This document shows positions 1-12,600 of a stretch of 33,059 nt of DNA, one piece after another. Under the pieces are notes generated by a model, which searched no databases, was not told where the DNA came from, and saw nothing but the letters and a program-made list of their open reading frames with translations. The translations under genes were made by a program, and so were the position numbers. Source of the DNA: Macrostomum lignano (Eukaryota); NCBI GenBank assembly GCA_002269645.1, contig NIVC01002841.1, positions 1-33,059 on the forward strand. Direction: 5' to 3'. How positions within the stretch are numbered: the stretch's first letter is position 1; each line of letters starts with the position of its first letter.

Positions 1-602
1 CTCATCAAGGCGGCGCTTGTACTCTGCCAGCTCCGCGTTCAGTCGCTGCATCGCTCCGGGTCTAGCTGAATGCTGCAGCGCGGCTCGCGCCTGCTCCACC
101 GACGTCAGCACCGAGGCGTCGAACAGTCCGATGCGATTCAGACGCGCCAGTCGCTCGATCGTAGCGTCAAACAGTGCCGCGTTCATTGCCGCGTCCTCGA
201 CGACCGGCTCAGCTTCTGGCTCTTCCTCCTCCTGTTCTGGCGCTGCAGCTTCCGCCTGTTCAGCTGCGGTGATCTCATCAAGGCGGCGCTTGTACTCTGC
301 CAGCTCCGCGTTCAGTCGCTGCATCGCTCCGGGTCTAGCTGAATGCTGCAGCGCGGCTCGCGCCTGCTCCACCGACGTCAGCACCGAGGCGTCGAACAGT
401 CCGATGCGATTCAGACGCGCCAGTCGCTCGATCGTAGCGTCAAACAGTGCCGCGTTCATTGCCGCGTCCTCGACGACCGGCTCAGCTTCTGGCTCTTCCT
501 CCTCCTGTTCTGGCGCTGCAGCTTCCGCCTGTTCAGCTGCGGTGATCTCATCAAGGCGGCGCTTGTACTCTGCCAGCTCCGCGTTCAGTCGCTGCATCGC
601 TC
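1..602 (-). CDS. Frameshifted continuation of the giant protein (about 2.2 more array-B units, open at the window edge)
   Basis: Positions 1-602 are identical to the 273-bp consensus but offset by 1 nt. Unit starts fall at 70, 343, then 615 instead of 616. Confidence 0.7.
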
Positions 603-3600
603 GGGTCTAGCTGAATGCTGCAGCGCGGCTCGCGCCTGCTCCACCGACGTCAGCACCGAGGCGTCGAACAGTCCGATGCGATTCAGACGCGCCAGTCGCT
701 CGATCGTAGCGTCAAACAGTGCCGCGTTCATTGCCGCGTCCTCGACGACCGGCTCAGCTTCTGGCTCTTCCTCCTCCTGTTCTGGCGCTGCAGCTTCCGC
801 CTGTTCAGCTGCGGTGATCTCATCAAGGCGGCGCTTGTACTCTGCCAGCTCCGCGTTCAGTCGCTGCATCGCTCCGGGTCTAGCTGAATGCTGCAGCGCG
901 GCTCGCGCCTGCTCCACCGACGTCAGCACCGAGGCGTCGAACAGTCCGATGCGATTCAGACGCGCCAGTCGCTCGATCGTAGCGTCAAACAGTGCCGCGT
1001 TCATTGCCGCGTCCTCGACGACCGGCTCAGCTTCTGGCTCTTCCTCCTCCTGTTCTGGCGCTGCAGCTTCCGCCTGTTCAGCTGCGGTGATCTCATCAAG
1101 GCGGCGCTTGTACTCTGCCAGCTCCGCGTTCAGTCGCTGCATCGCTCCGGGTCTAGCTGAATGCTGCAGCGCGGCTCGCGCCTGCTCCACCGACGTCAGC
1201 ACCGAGGCGTCGAACAGTCCGATGCGATTCAGACGCGCCAGTCGCTCGATCGTAGCGTCAAACAGTGCCGCGTTCATTGCCGCGTCCTCGACGACCGGCT
1301 CAGCTTCTGGCTCTTCCTCCTCCTGTTCTGGCGCTGCAGCTTCCGCCTGTTCAGCTGCGGTGATCTCATCAAGGCGGCGCTTGTACTCTGCCAGCTCCGC
1401 GTTCAGTCGCTGCATCGCTCCGGGTCTAGCTGAATGCTGCAGCGCGGCTCGCGCCTGCTCCACCGACGTCAGCACCGAGGCGTCGAACAGTCCGATGCGA
1501 TTCAGACGCGCCAGTCGCTCGATCGTAGCGTCAAACAGTGCCGCGTTCATTGCCGCGTCCTCGACGACCGGCTCAGCTTCTGGCTCTTCCTCCTCCTGTT
1601 CTGGCGCTGCAGCTTCCGCCTGTTCAGCTGCGGTGATCTCATCAAGGCGGCGCTTGTACTCTGCCAGCTCCGCGTTCAGTCGCTGCATCGCTCCGGGTCT
1701 AGCTGAATGCTGCAGCGCGGCTCGCGCCTGCTCCACCGACGTCAGCACCGAGGCGTCGAACAGTCCGATGCGATTCAGACGCGCCAGTCGCTCGATCGTA
1801 GCGTCAAACAGTGCCGCGTTCATTGCCGCGTCCTCGACGACCGGCTCAGCTTCTGGCTCTTCCTCCTCCTGTTCTGGCGCTGCAGCTTCCGCCTGTTCAG
1901 CTGCGGTGATCTCATCAAGGCGGCGCTTGTACTCTGCCAGCTCCGCGTTCAGTCGCTGCATCGCTCCGGGTCTAGCTGAATGCTGCAGCGCGGCTCGCGC
2001 CTGCTCCACCGACGTCAGCACCGAGGCGTCGAACAGTCCGATGCGATTCAGACGCGCCAGTCGCTCGATCGTAGCGTCAAACAGTGCCGCGTTCATTGCC
2101 GCGTCCTCGACGACCGGCTCAGCTTCTGGCTCTTCCTCCTCCTGTTCTGGCGCTGCAGCTTCCGCCTGTTCAGCTGCGGTGATCTCATCAAGGCGGCGCT
2201 TGTACTCTGCCAGCTCCGCGTTCAGTCGCTGCATCGCTCCGGGTCTAGCTGAATGCTGCAGCGCGGCTCGCGCCTGCTCCACCGACGTCAGCACCGAGGC
2301 GTCGAACAGTCCGATGCGATTCAGACGCGCCAGTCGCTCGATCGTAGCGTCAAACAGTGCCGCGTTCATTGCCGCGTCCTCGACGACCGGCTCAGCTTCT
2401 GGCTCTTCCTCCTCCTGTTCTGGCGCTGCAGCTTCCGCCTGTTCAGCTGCGGTGATCTCATCAAGGCGGCGCTTGTACTCTGCCAGCTCCGCGTTCAGTC
2501 GCTGCATCGCTCCGGGTCTAGCTGAATGCTGCAGCGCGGCTCGCGCCTGCTCCACCGACGTCAGCACCGAGGCGTCGAACAGTCCGATGCGATTCAGACG
2601 CGCCAGTCGCTCGATCGTAGCGTCAAACAGTGCCGCGTTCATTGCCGCGTCCTCGACGACCGGCTCAGCTTCTGGCTCTTCCTCCTCCTGTTCTGGCGCT
2701 GCAGCTTCCGCCTGTTCAGCTGCGGTGATCTCATCAAGGCGGCGCTTGTACTCTGCCAGCTCCGCGTTCAGTCGCTGCATCGCTCCGGGTCTAGCTGAAT
2801 GCTGCAGCGCGGCTCGCGCCTGCTCCACCGACGTCAGCACCGAGGCGTCGAACAGTCCGATGCGATTCAGACGCGCCAGTCGCTCGATCGTAGCGTCAAA
2901 CAGTGCCGCGTTCATTGCCGCGTCCTCGACGACCGGCTCAGCTTCTGGCTCTTCCTCCTCCTGTTCTGGCGCTGCAGCTTCCGCCTGTTCAGCTGCGGTG
3001 ATCTCATCAAGGCGGCGCTTGTACTCTGCCAGCTCCGCGTTCAGTCGCTGCATCGCTCCGGGTCTAGCTGAATGCTGCAGCGCGGCTCGCGCCTGCTCCA
3101 CCGACGTCAGCACCGAGGCGTCGAACAGTCCGATGCGATTCAGACGCGCCAGTCGCTCGATCGTAGCGTCAAACAGTGCCGCGTTCATTGCCGCGTCCTC
3201 GACGACCGGCTCAGCTTCTGGCTCTTCCTCCTCCTGTTCTGGCGCTGCAGCTTCCGCCTGTTCAGCTGCGGTGATCTCATCAAGGCGGCGCTTGTACTCT
3301 GCCAGCTCCGCGTTCAGTCGCTGCATCGCTCCGGGTCTAGCTGAATGCTGCAGCGCGGCTCGCGCCTGCTCCACCGACGTCAGCACCGAGGCGTCGAACA
3401 GTCCGATGCGATTCAGACGCGCCAGTCGCTCGATCGTAGCGTCAAACAGTGCCGCGTTCATTGCCGCGTCCTCGACGACCGGCTCAGCTTCTGGCTCTTC
3501 CTCCTCCTGTTCTGGCGCTGCAGCTTCCGCCTGTTCAGCTGCGGTGATCTCATCAAGGCGGCGCTTGTACTCTGCCAGCTCCGCGTTCAGTCGCTGCATC

Positions 3601-6600
3601 GCTCCGGGTCTAGCTGAATGCTGCAGCGCGGCTCGCGCCTGCTCCACCGACGTCAGCACCGAGGCGTCGAACAGTCCGATGCGATTCAGACGCGCCAGTC
3701 GCTCGATCGTAGCGTCAAACAGTGCCGCGTTCATTGCCGCGTCCTCGACGACCGGCTCAGCTTCTGGCTCTTCCTCCTCCTGTTCTGGCGCTGCAGCTTC
3801 CGCCTGTTCAGCTGCGGTGATCTCATCAAGGCGGCGCTTGTACTCTGCCAGCTCCGCGTTCAGTCGCTGCATCGCTCCGGGTCTAGCTGAATGCTGCAGC
3901 GCGGCTCGCGCCTGCTCCACCGACGTCAGCACCGAGGCGTCGAACAGTCCGATGCGATTCAGACGCGCCAGTCGCTCGATCGTAGCGTCAAACAGTGCCG
4001 CGTTCATTGCCGCGTCCTCGACGACCGGCTCAGCTTCTGGCTCTTCCTCCTCCTGTTCTGGCGCTGCAGCTTCCGCCTGTTCAGCTGCGGTGATCTCATC
4101 AAGGCGGCGCTTGTACTCTGCCAGCTCCGCGTTCAGTCGCTGCATCGCTCCGGGTCTAGCTGAATGCTGCAGCGCGGCTCGCGCCTGCTCCACCGACGTC
4201 AGCACCGAGGCGTCGAACAGTCCGATGCGATTCAGACGCGCCAGTCGCTCGATCGTAGCGTCAAACAGTGCCGCGTTCATTGCCGCGTCCTCGACGACCG
4301 GCTCAGCTTCTGGCTCTTCCTCCTCCTGTTCTGGCGCTGCAGCTTCCGCCTGTTCAGCTGCGGTGATCTCATCAAGGCGGCGCTTGTACTCTGCCAGCTC
4401 CGCGTTCAGTCGCTGCATCGCTCCGGGTCTAGCTGAATGCTGCAGCGCGGCTCGCGCCTGCTCCACCGACGTCAGCACCGAGGCGTCGAACAGTCCGATG
4501 CGATTCAGACGCGCCAGTCGCTCGATCGTAGCGTCAAACAGTGCCGCGTTCATTGCCGCGTCCTCGACGACCGGCTCAGCTTCTGGCTCTTCCTCCTCCT
4601 GTTCTGGCGCTGCAGCTTCCGCCTGTTCAGCTGCGGTGATCTCATCAAGGCGGCGCTTGTACTCTGCCAGCTCCGCGTTCAGTCGCTGCATCGCTCCGGG
4701 TCTAGCTGAATGCTGCAGCGCGGCTCGCGCCTGCTCCACCGACGTCAGCACCGAGGCGTCGAACAGTCCGATGCGATTCAGACGCGCCAGTCGCTCGATC
4801 GTAGCGTCAAACAGTGCCGCGTTCATTGCCGCGTCCTCGACGACCGGCTCAGCTTCTGGCTCTTCCTCCTCCTGTTCTGGCGCTGCAGCTTCCGCCTGTT
4901 CAGCTGCGGTGATCTCATCAAGGCGGCGCTTGTACTCTGCCAGCTCCGCGTTCAGTCGCTGCATCGCTCCGGGTCTAGCTGAATGCTGCAGCGCGGCTCG
5001 CGCCTGCTCCACCGACGTCAGCACCGAGGCGTCGAACAGTCCGATGCGATTCAGACGCGCCAGTCGCTCGATCGTAGCGTCAAACAGTGCCGCGTTCATT
5101 GCCGCGTCCTCGACGACCGGCTCAGCTTCTGGCTCTTCCTCCTCCTGTTCTGGCGCTGCAGCTTCCGCCTGTTCAGCTGCGGTGATCTCATCAAGGCGGC
5201 GCTTGTACTCTGCCAGCTCCGCGTTCAGTCGCTGCATCGCTCCGGGTCTAGCTGAATGCTGCAGCGCGGCTCGCGCCTGCTCCACCGACGTCAGCACCGA
5301 GGCGTCGAACAGTCCGATGCGATTCAGACGCGCCAGTCGCTCGATCGTAGCGTCAAACAGTGCCGCGTTCATTGCCGCGTCCTCGACGACCGGCTCAGCT
5401 TCTGGCTCTTCCTCCTCCTGTTCTGGCGCTGCAGCTTCCGCCTGTTCAGCTGCGGTGATCTCATCAAGGCGGCGCTTGTACTCTGCCAGCTCCGCGTTCA
5501 GTCGCTGCATCGCTCCGGGTCTAGCTGAATGCTGCAGCGCGGCTCGCGCCTGCTCCACCGACGTCAGCACCGAGGCGTCGAACAGTCCGATGCGATTCAG
5601 ACGCGCCAGTCGCTCGATCGTAGCGTCAAACAGTGCCGCGTTCATTGCCGCGTCCTCGACGACCGGCTCAGCTTCTGGCTCTTCCTCCTCCTGTTCTGGC
5701 GCTGCAGCTTCCGCCTGTTCAGCTGCGGTGATCTCATCAAGGCGGCGCTTGTACTCTGCCAGCTCCGCGTTCAGTCGCTGCATCGCTCCGGGTCTAGCTG
5801 AATGCTGCAGCGCGGCTCGCGCCTGCTCCACCGACGTCAGCACCGAGGCGTCGAACAGTCCGATGCGATTCAGACGCGCCAGTCGCTCGATCGTAGCGTC
5901 AAACAGTGCCGCGTTCATTGCCGCGTCCTCGACGACCGGCTCAGCTTCTGGCTCTTCCTCCTCCTGTTCTGGCGCTGCAGCTTCCGCCTGTTCAGCTGCG
6001 GTGATCTCATCAAGGCGGCGCTTGTACTCTGCCAGCTCCGCGTTCAGTCGCTGCATCGCTCCGGGTCTAGCTGAATGCTGCAGCGCGGCTCGCGCCTGCT
6101 CCACCGACGTCAGCACCGAGGCGTCGAACAGTCCGATGCGATTCAGACGCGCCAGTCGCTCGATCGTAGCGTCAAACAGTGCCGCGTTCATTGCCGCGTC
6201 CTCGACGACCGGCTCAGCTTCTGGCTCTTCCTCCTCCTGTTCTGGCGCTGCAGCTTCCGCCTGTTCAGCTGCGGTGATCTCATCAAGGCGGCGCTTGTAC
6301 TCTGCCAGCTCCGCGTTCAGTCGCTGCATCGCTCCGGGTCTAGCTGAATGCTGCAGCGCGGCTCGCGCCTGCTCCACCGACGTCAGCACCGAGGCGTCGA
6401 ACAGTCCGATGCGATTCAGACGCGCCAGTCGCTCGATCGTAGCGTCAAACAGTGCCGCGTTCATTGCCGCGTCCTCGACGACCGGCTCAGCTTCTGGCTC
6501 TTCCTCCTCCTGTTCTGGCGCTGCAGCTTCCGCCTGTTCAGCTGCGGTGATCTCATCAAGGCGGCGCTTGTACTCTGCCAGCTCCGCGTTCAGTCGCTGC

Positions 6601-9600
6601 ATCGCTCCGGGTCTAGCTGAATGCTGCAGCGCGGCTCGCGCCTGCTCCACCGACGTCAGCACCGAGGCGTCGAACAGTCCGATGCGATTCAGACGCGCCA
6701 GTCGCTCGATCGTAGCGTCAAACAGTGCCGCGTTCATTGCCGCGTCCTCGACGACCGGCTCAGCTTCTGGCTCTTCCTCCTCCTGTTCTGGCGCTGCAGC
6801 TTCCGCCTGTTCAGCTGCGGTGATCTCATCAAGGCGGCGCTTGTACTCTGCCAGCTCCGCGTTCAGTCGCTGCATCGCTCCGGGTCTAGCTGAATGCTGC
6901 AGCGCGGCTCGCGCCTGCTCCACCGACGTCAGCACCGAGGCGTCGAACAGTCCGATGCGATTCAGACGCGCCAGTCGCTCGATCGTAGCGTCAAACAGTG
7001 CCGCGTTCATTGCCGCGTCCTCGACGACCGGCTCAGCTTCTGGCTCTTCCTCCTCCTGTTCTGGCGCTGCAGCTTCCGCCTGTTCAGCTGCGGTGATCTC
7101 ATCAAGGCGGCGCTTGTACTCTGCCAGCTCCGCGTTCAGTCGCTGCATCGCTCCGGGTCTAGCTGAATGCTGCAGCGCGGCTCGCGCCTGCTCCACCGAC
7201 GTCAGCACCGAGGCGTCGAACAGTCCGATGCGATTCAGACGCGCCAGTCGCTCGATCGTAGCGTCAAACAGTGCCGCGTTCATTGCCGCGTCCTCGACGA
7301 CCGGCTCAGCTTCTGGCTCTTCCTCCTCCTGTTCTGGCGCTGCAGCTTCCGCCTGTTCAGCTGCGGTGATCTCATCAAGGCGGCGCTTGTACTCTGCCAG
7401 CTCCGCGTTCAGTCGCTGCATCGCTCCGGGTCTAGCTGAATGCTGCAGCGCGGCTCGCGCCTGCTCCACCGACGTCAGCACCGAGGCGTCGAACAGTCCG
7501 ATGCGATTCAGACGCGCCAGTCGCTCGATCGTAGCGTCAAACAGTGCCGCGTTCATTGCCGCGTCCTCGACGACCGGCTCAGCTTCTGGCTCTTCCTCCT
7601 CCTGTTCTGGCGCTGCAGCTTCCGCCTGTTCAGCTGCGGTGATCTCATCAAGGCGGCGCTTGTACTCTGCCAGCTCCGCGTTCAGTCGCTGCATCGCTCC
7701 GGGTCTAGCTGAATGCTGCAGCGCGGCTCGCGCCTGCTCCACCGACGTCAGCACCGAGGCGTCGAACAGTCCGATGCGATTCAGACGCGCCAGTCGCTCG
7801 ATCGTAGCGTCAAACAGTGCCGCGTTCATTGCCGCGTCCTCGACGACCGGCTCAGCTTCTGGCTCTTCCTCCTCCTGTTCTGGCGCTGCAGCTTCCGCCT
7901 GTTCAGCTGCGGTGATCTCATCAAGGCGGCGCTTGTACTCTGCCAGCTCCGCGTTCAGTCGCTGCATCGCTCCGGGTCTAGCTGAATGCTGCAGCGCGGC
8001 TCGCGCCTGCTCCACCGACGTCAGCACCGAGGCGTCGAACAGTCCGATGCGATTCAGACGCGCCAGTCGCTCGATCGTAGCGTCAAACAGTGCCGCGTTC
8101 ATTGCCGCGTCCTCGACGACCGGCTCAGCTTCTGGCTCTTCCTCCTCCTGTTCTGGCGCTGCAGCTTCCGCCTGTTCAGCTGCGGTGATCTCATCAAGGC
8201 GGCGCTTGTACTCTGCCAGCTCCGCGTTCAGTCGCTGCATCGCTCCGGGTCTAGCTGAATGCTGCAGCGCGGCTCGCGCCTGCTCCACCGACGTCAGCAC
8301 CGAGGCGTCGAACAGTCCGATGCGATTCAGACGCGCCAGTCGCTCGATCGTAGCGTCAAACAGTGCCGCGTTCATTGCCGCGTCCTCGACGACCGGCTCA
8401 GCTTCTGGCTCTTCCTCCTCCTGTTCTGGCGCTGCAGCTTCCGCCTGTTCAGCTGCGGTGATCTCATCAAGGCGGCGCTTGTACTCTGCCAGCTCCGCGT
8501 TCAGTCGCTGCATCGCTCCGGGTCTAGCTGAATGCTGCAGCGCGGCTCGCGCCTGCTCCACCGACGTCAGCACCGAGGCGTCGAACAGTCCGATGCGATT
8601 CAGACGCGCCAGTCGCTCGATCGTAGCGTCAAACAGTGCCGCGTTCATTGCCGCGTCCTCGACGACCGGCTCAGCTTCTGGCTCTTCCTCCTCCTGTTCT
8701 GGCGCTGCAGCTTCCGCCTGTTCAGCTGCGGTGATCTCATCAAGGCGGCGCTTGTACTCTGCCAGCTCCGCGTTCAGTCGCTGCATCGCTCCGGGTCTAG
8801 CTGAATGCTGCAGCGCGGCTCGCGCCTGCTCCACCGACGTCAGCACCGAGGCGTCGAACAGTCCGATGCGATTCAGACGCGCCAGTCGCTCGATCGTAGC
8901 GTCAAACAGTGCCGCGTTCATTGCCGCGTCCTCGACGACCGGCTCAGCTTCTGGCTCTTCCTCCTCCTGTTCTGGCGCTGCAGCTTCCGCCTGTTCAGCT
9001 GCGGTGATCTCATCAAGGCGGCGCTTGTACTCTGCCAGCTCCGCGTTCAGTCGCTGCATCGCTCCGGGTCTAGCTGAATGCTGCAGCGCGGCTCGCGCCT
9101 GCTCCACCGACGTCAGCACCGAGGCGTCGAACAGTCCGATGCGATTCAGACGCGCCAGTCGCTCGATCGTAGCGTCAAACAGTGCCGCGTTCATTGCCGC
9201 GTCCTCGACGACCGGCTCAGCTTCTGGCTCTTCCTCCTCCTGTTCTGGCGCTGCAGCTTCCGCCTGTTCAGCTGCGGTGATCTCATCAAGGCGGCGCTTG
9301 TACTCTGCCAGCTCCGCGTTCAGTCGCTGCATCGCTCCGGGTCTAGCTGAATGCTGCAGCGCGGCTCGCGCCTGCTCCACCGACGTCAGCACCGAGGCGT
9401 CGAACAGTCCGATGCGATTCAGACGCGCCAGTCGCTCGATCGTAGCGTCAAACAGTGCCGCGTTCATTGCCGCGTCCTCGACGACCGGCTCAGCTTCTGG
9501 CTCTTCCTCCTCCTGTTCTGGCGCTGCAGCTTCCGCCTGTTCAGCTGCGGTGATCTCATCAAGGCGGCGCTTGTACTCTGCCAGCTCCGCGTTCAGTCGC

Positions 9601-12600
9601 TGCATCGCTCCGGGTCTAGCTGAATGCTGCAGCGCGGCTCGCGCCTGCTCCACCGACGTCAGCACCGAGGCGTCGAACAGTCCGATGCGATTCAGACGCG
9701 CCAGTCGCTCGATCGTAGCGTCAAACAGTGCCGCGTTCATTGCCGCGTCCTCGACGACCGGCTCAGCTTCTGGCTCTTCCTCCTCCTGTTCTGGCGCTGC
9801 AGCTTCCGCCTGTTCAGCTGCGGTGATCTCATCAAGGCGGCGCTTGTACTCTGCCAGCTCCGCGTTCAGTCGCTGCATCGCTCCGGGTCTAGCTGAATGC
9901 TGCAGCGCGGCTCGCGCCTGCTCCACCGACGTCAGCACCGAGGCGTCGAACAGTCCGATGCGATTCAGACGCGCCAGTCGCTCGATCGTAGCGTCAAACA
10001 GTGCCGCGTTCATTGCCGCGTCCTCGACGACCGGCTCAGCTTCTGGCTCTTCCTCCTCCTGTTCTGGCGCTGCAGCTTCCGCCTGTTCAGCTGCGGTGAT
10101 CTCATCAAGGCGGCGCTTGTACTCTGCCAGCTCCGCGTTCAGTCGCTGCATCGCTCCGGGTCTAGCTGAATGCTGCAGCGCGGCTCGCGCCTGCTCCACC
10201 GACGTCAGCACCGAGGCGTCGAACAGTCCGATGCGATTCAGACGCGCCAGTCGCTCGATCGTAGCGTCAAACAGTGCCGCGTTCATTGCCGCGTCCTCGA
10301 CGACCGGCTCAGCTTCTGGCTCTTCCTCCTCCTGTTCTGGCGCTGCAGCTTCCGCCTGTTCAGCTGCGGTGATCTCATCAAGGCGGCGCTTGTACTCTGC
10401 CAGCTCCGCGTTCAGTCGCTGCATCGCTCCGGGTCTAGCTGAATGCTGCAGCGCGGCTCGCGCCTGCTCCACCGACGTCAGCACCGAGGCGTCGAACAGT
10501 CCGATGCGATTCAGACGCGCCAGTCGCTCGATCGTAGCGTCAAACAGTGCCGCGTTCATTGCCGCGTCCTCGACGACCGGCTCAGCTTCTGGCTCTTCCT
10601 CCTCCTGTTCTGGCGCTGCAGCTTCCGCCTGTTCAGCTGCGGTGATCTCATCAAGGCGGCGCTTGTACTCTGCCAGCTCCGCGTTCAGTCGCTGCATCGC
10701 TCCGGGTCTAGCTGAATGCTGCAGCGCGGCTCGCGCCTGCTCCACCGACGTCAGCACCGAGGCGTCGAACAGTCCGATGCGATTCAGACGCGCCAGTCGC
10801 TCGATCGTAGCGTCAAACAGTGCCGCGTTCATTGCCGCGTCCTCGACGACCGGCTCAGCTTCTGGCTCTTCCTCCTCCTGTTCTGGCGCTGCAGCTTCCG
10901 CCTGTTCAGCTGCGGTGATCTCATCAAGGCGGCGCTTGTACTCTGCCAGCTCCGCGTTCAGTCGCTGCATCGCTCCGGGTCTAGCTGAATGCTGCAGCGC
11001 GGCTCGCGCCTGCTCCACCGACGTCAGCACCGAGGCGTCGAACAGTCCGATGCGATTCAGACGCGCCAGTCGCTCGATCGTAGCGTCAAACAGTGCCGCG
11101 TTCATTGCCGCGTCCTCGACGACCGGCTCAGCTTCTGGCTCTTCCTCCTCCTGTTCTGGCGCTGCAGCTTCCGCCTGTTCAGCTGCGGTGATCTCATCAA
11201 GGCGGCGCTTGTACTCTGCCAGCTCCGCGTTCAGTCGCTGCATCGCTCCGGGTCTAGCTGAATGCTGCAGCGCGGCTCGCGCCTGCTCCACCGACGTCAG
11301 CACCGAGGCGTCGAACAGTCCGATGCGATTCAGACGCGCCAGTCGCTCGATCGTAGCGTCAAACAGTGCCGCGTTCATTGCCGCGTCCTCGACGACCGGC
11401 TCAGCTTCTGGCTCTTCCTCCTCCTGTTCTGGCGCTGCAGCTTCCGCCTGTTCAGCTGCGGTGATCTCATCAAGGCGGCGCTTGTACTCTGCCAGCTCCG
11501 CGTTCAGTCGCTGCATCGCTCCGGGTCTAGCTGAATGCTGCAGCGCGGCTCGCGCCTGCTCCACCGACGTCAGCACCGAGGCGTCGAACAGTCCGATGCG
11601 ATTCAGACGCGCCAGTCGCTCGATCGTAGCGTCAAACAGTGCCGCGTTCATTGCCGCGTCCTCGACGACCGGCTCAGCTTCTGGCTCTTCCTCCTCCTGT
11701 TCTGGCGCTGCAGCTTCCGCCTGTTCAGCTGCGGTGATCTCATCAAGGCGGCGCTTGTACTCTGCCAGCTCCGCGTTCAGTCGCTGCATCGCTCCGGGTC
11801 TAGCTGAATGCTGCAGCGCGGCTCGCGCCTGCTCCACCGACGTCAGCACCGAGGCGTCGAACAGTCCGATGCGATTCAGACGCGCCAGTCGCTCGATCGT
11901 AGCGTCAAACAGTGCCGCGTTCATTGCCGCGTCCTCGACGACCGGCTCAGCTTCTGGCTCTTCCTCCTCCTGTTCTGGCGCTGCAGCTTCCGCCTGTTCA
12001 GCTGCGGTGATCTCATCAAGGCGGCGCTTGTACTCTGCCAGCTCCGCGTTCAGTCGCTGCATCGCTCCGGGTCTAGCTGAATGCTGCAGCGCGGCTCGCG
12101 CCTGCTCCACCGACGTCAGCACCGAGGCGTCGAACAGTCCGATGCGATTCAGACGCGCCAGTCGCTCGATCGTAGCGTCAAACAGTGCCGCGTTCATTGC
12201 CGCGTCCTCGACGACCGGCTCAGCTTCTGGCTCTTCCTCCTCCTGTTCTGGCGCTGCAGCTTCCGCCTGTTCAGCTGCGGTGATCTCATCAAGGCGGCGC
12301 TTGTACTCTGCCAGCTCCGCGTTCAGTCGCTGCATCGCTCCGGGTCTAGCTGAATGCTGCAGCGCGGCTCGCGCCTGCTCCACCGACGTCAGCACCGAGG
12401 CGTCGAACAGTCCGATGCGATTCAGACGCGCCAGTCGCTCGATCGTAGCGTCAAACAGTGCCGCGTTCATTGCCGCGTCCTCGACGACCGGCTCAGCTTC
12501 TGGCTCTTCCTCCTCCTGTTCTGGCGCTGCAGCTTCCGCCTGTTCAGCTGCGGTGATCTCATCAAGGCGGCGCTTGTACTCTGCCAGCTCCGCGTTCAGT

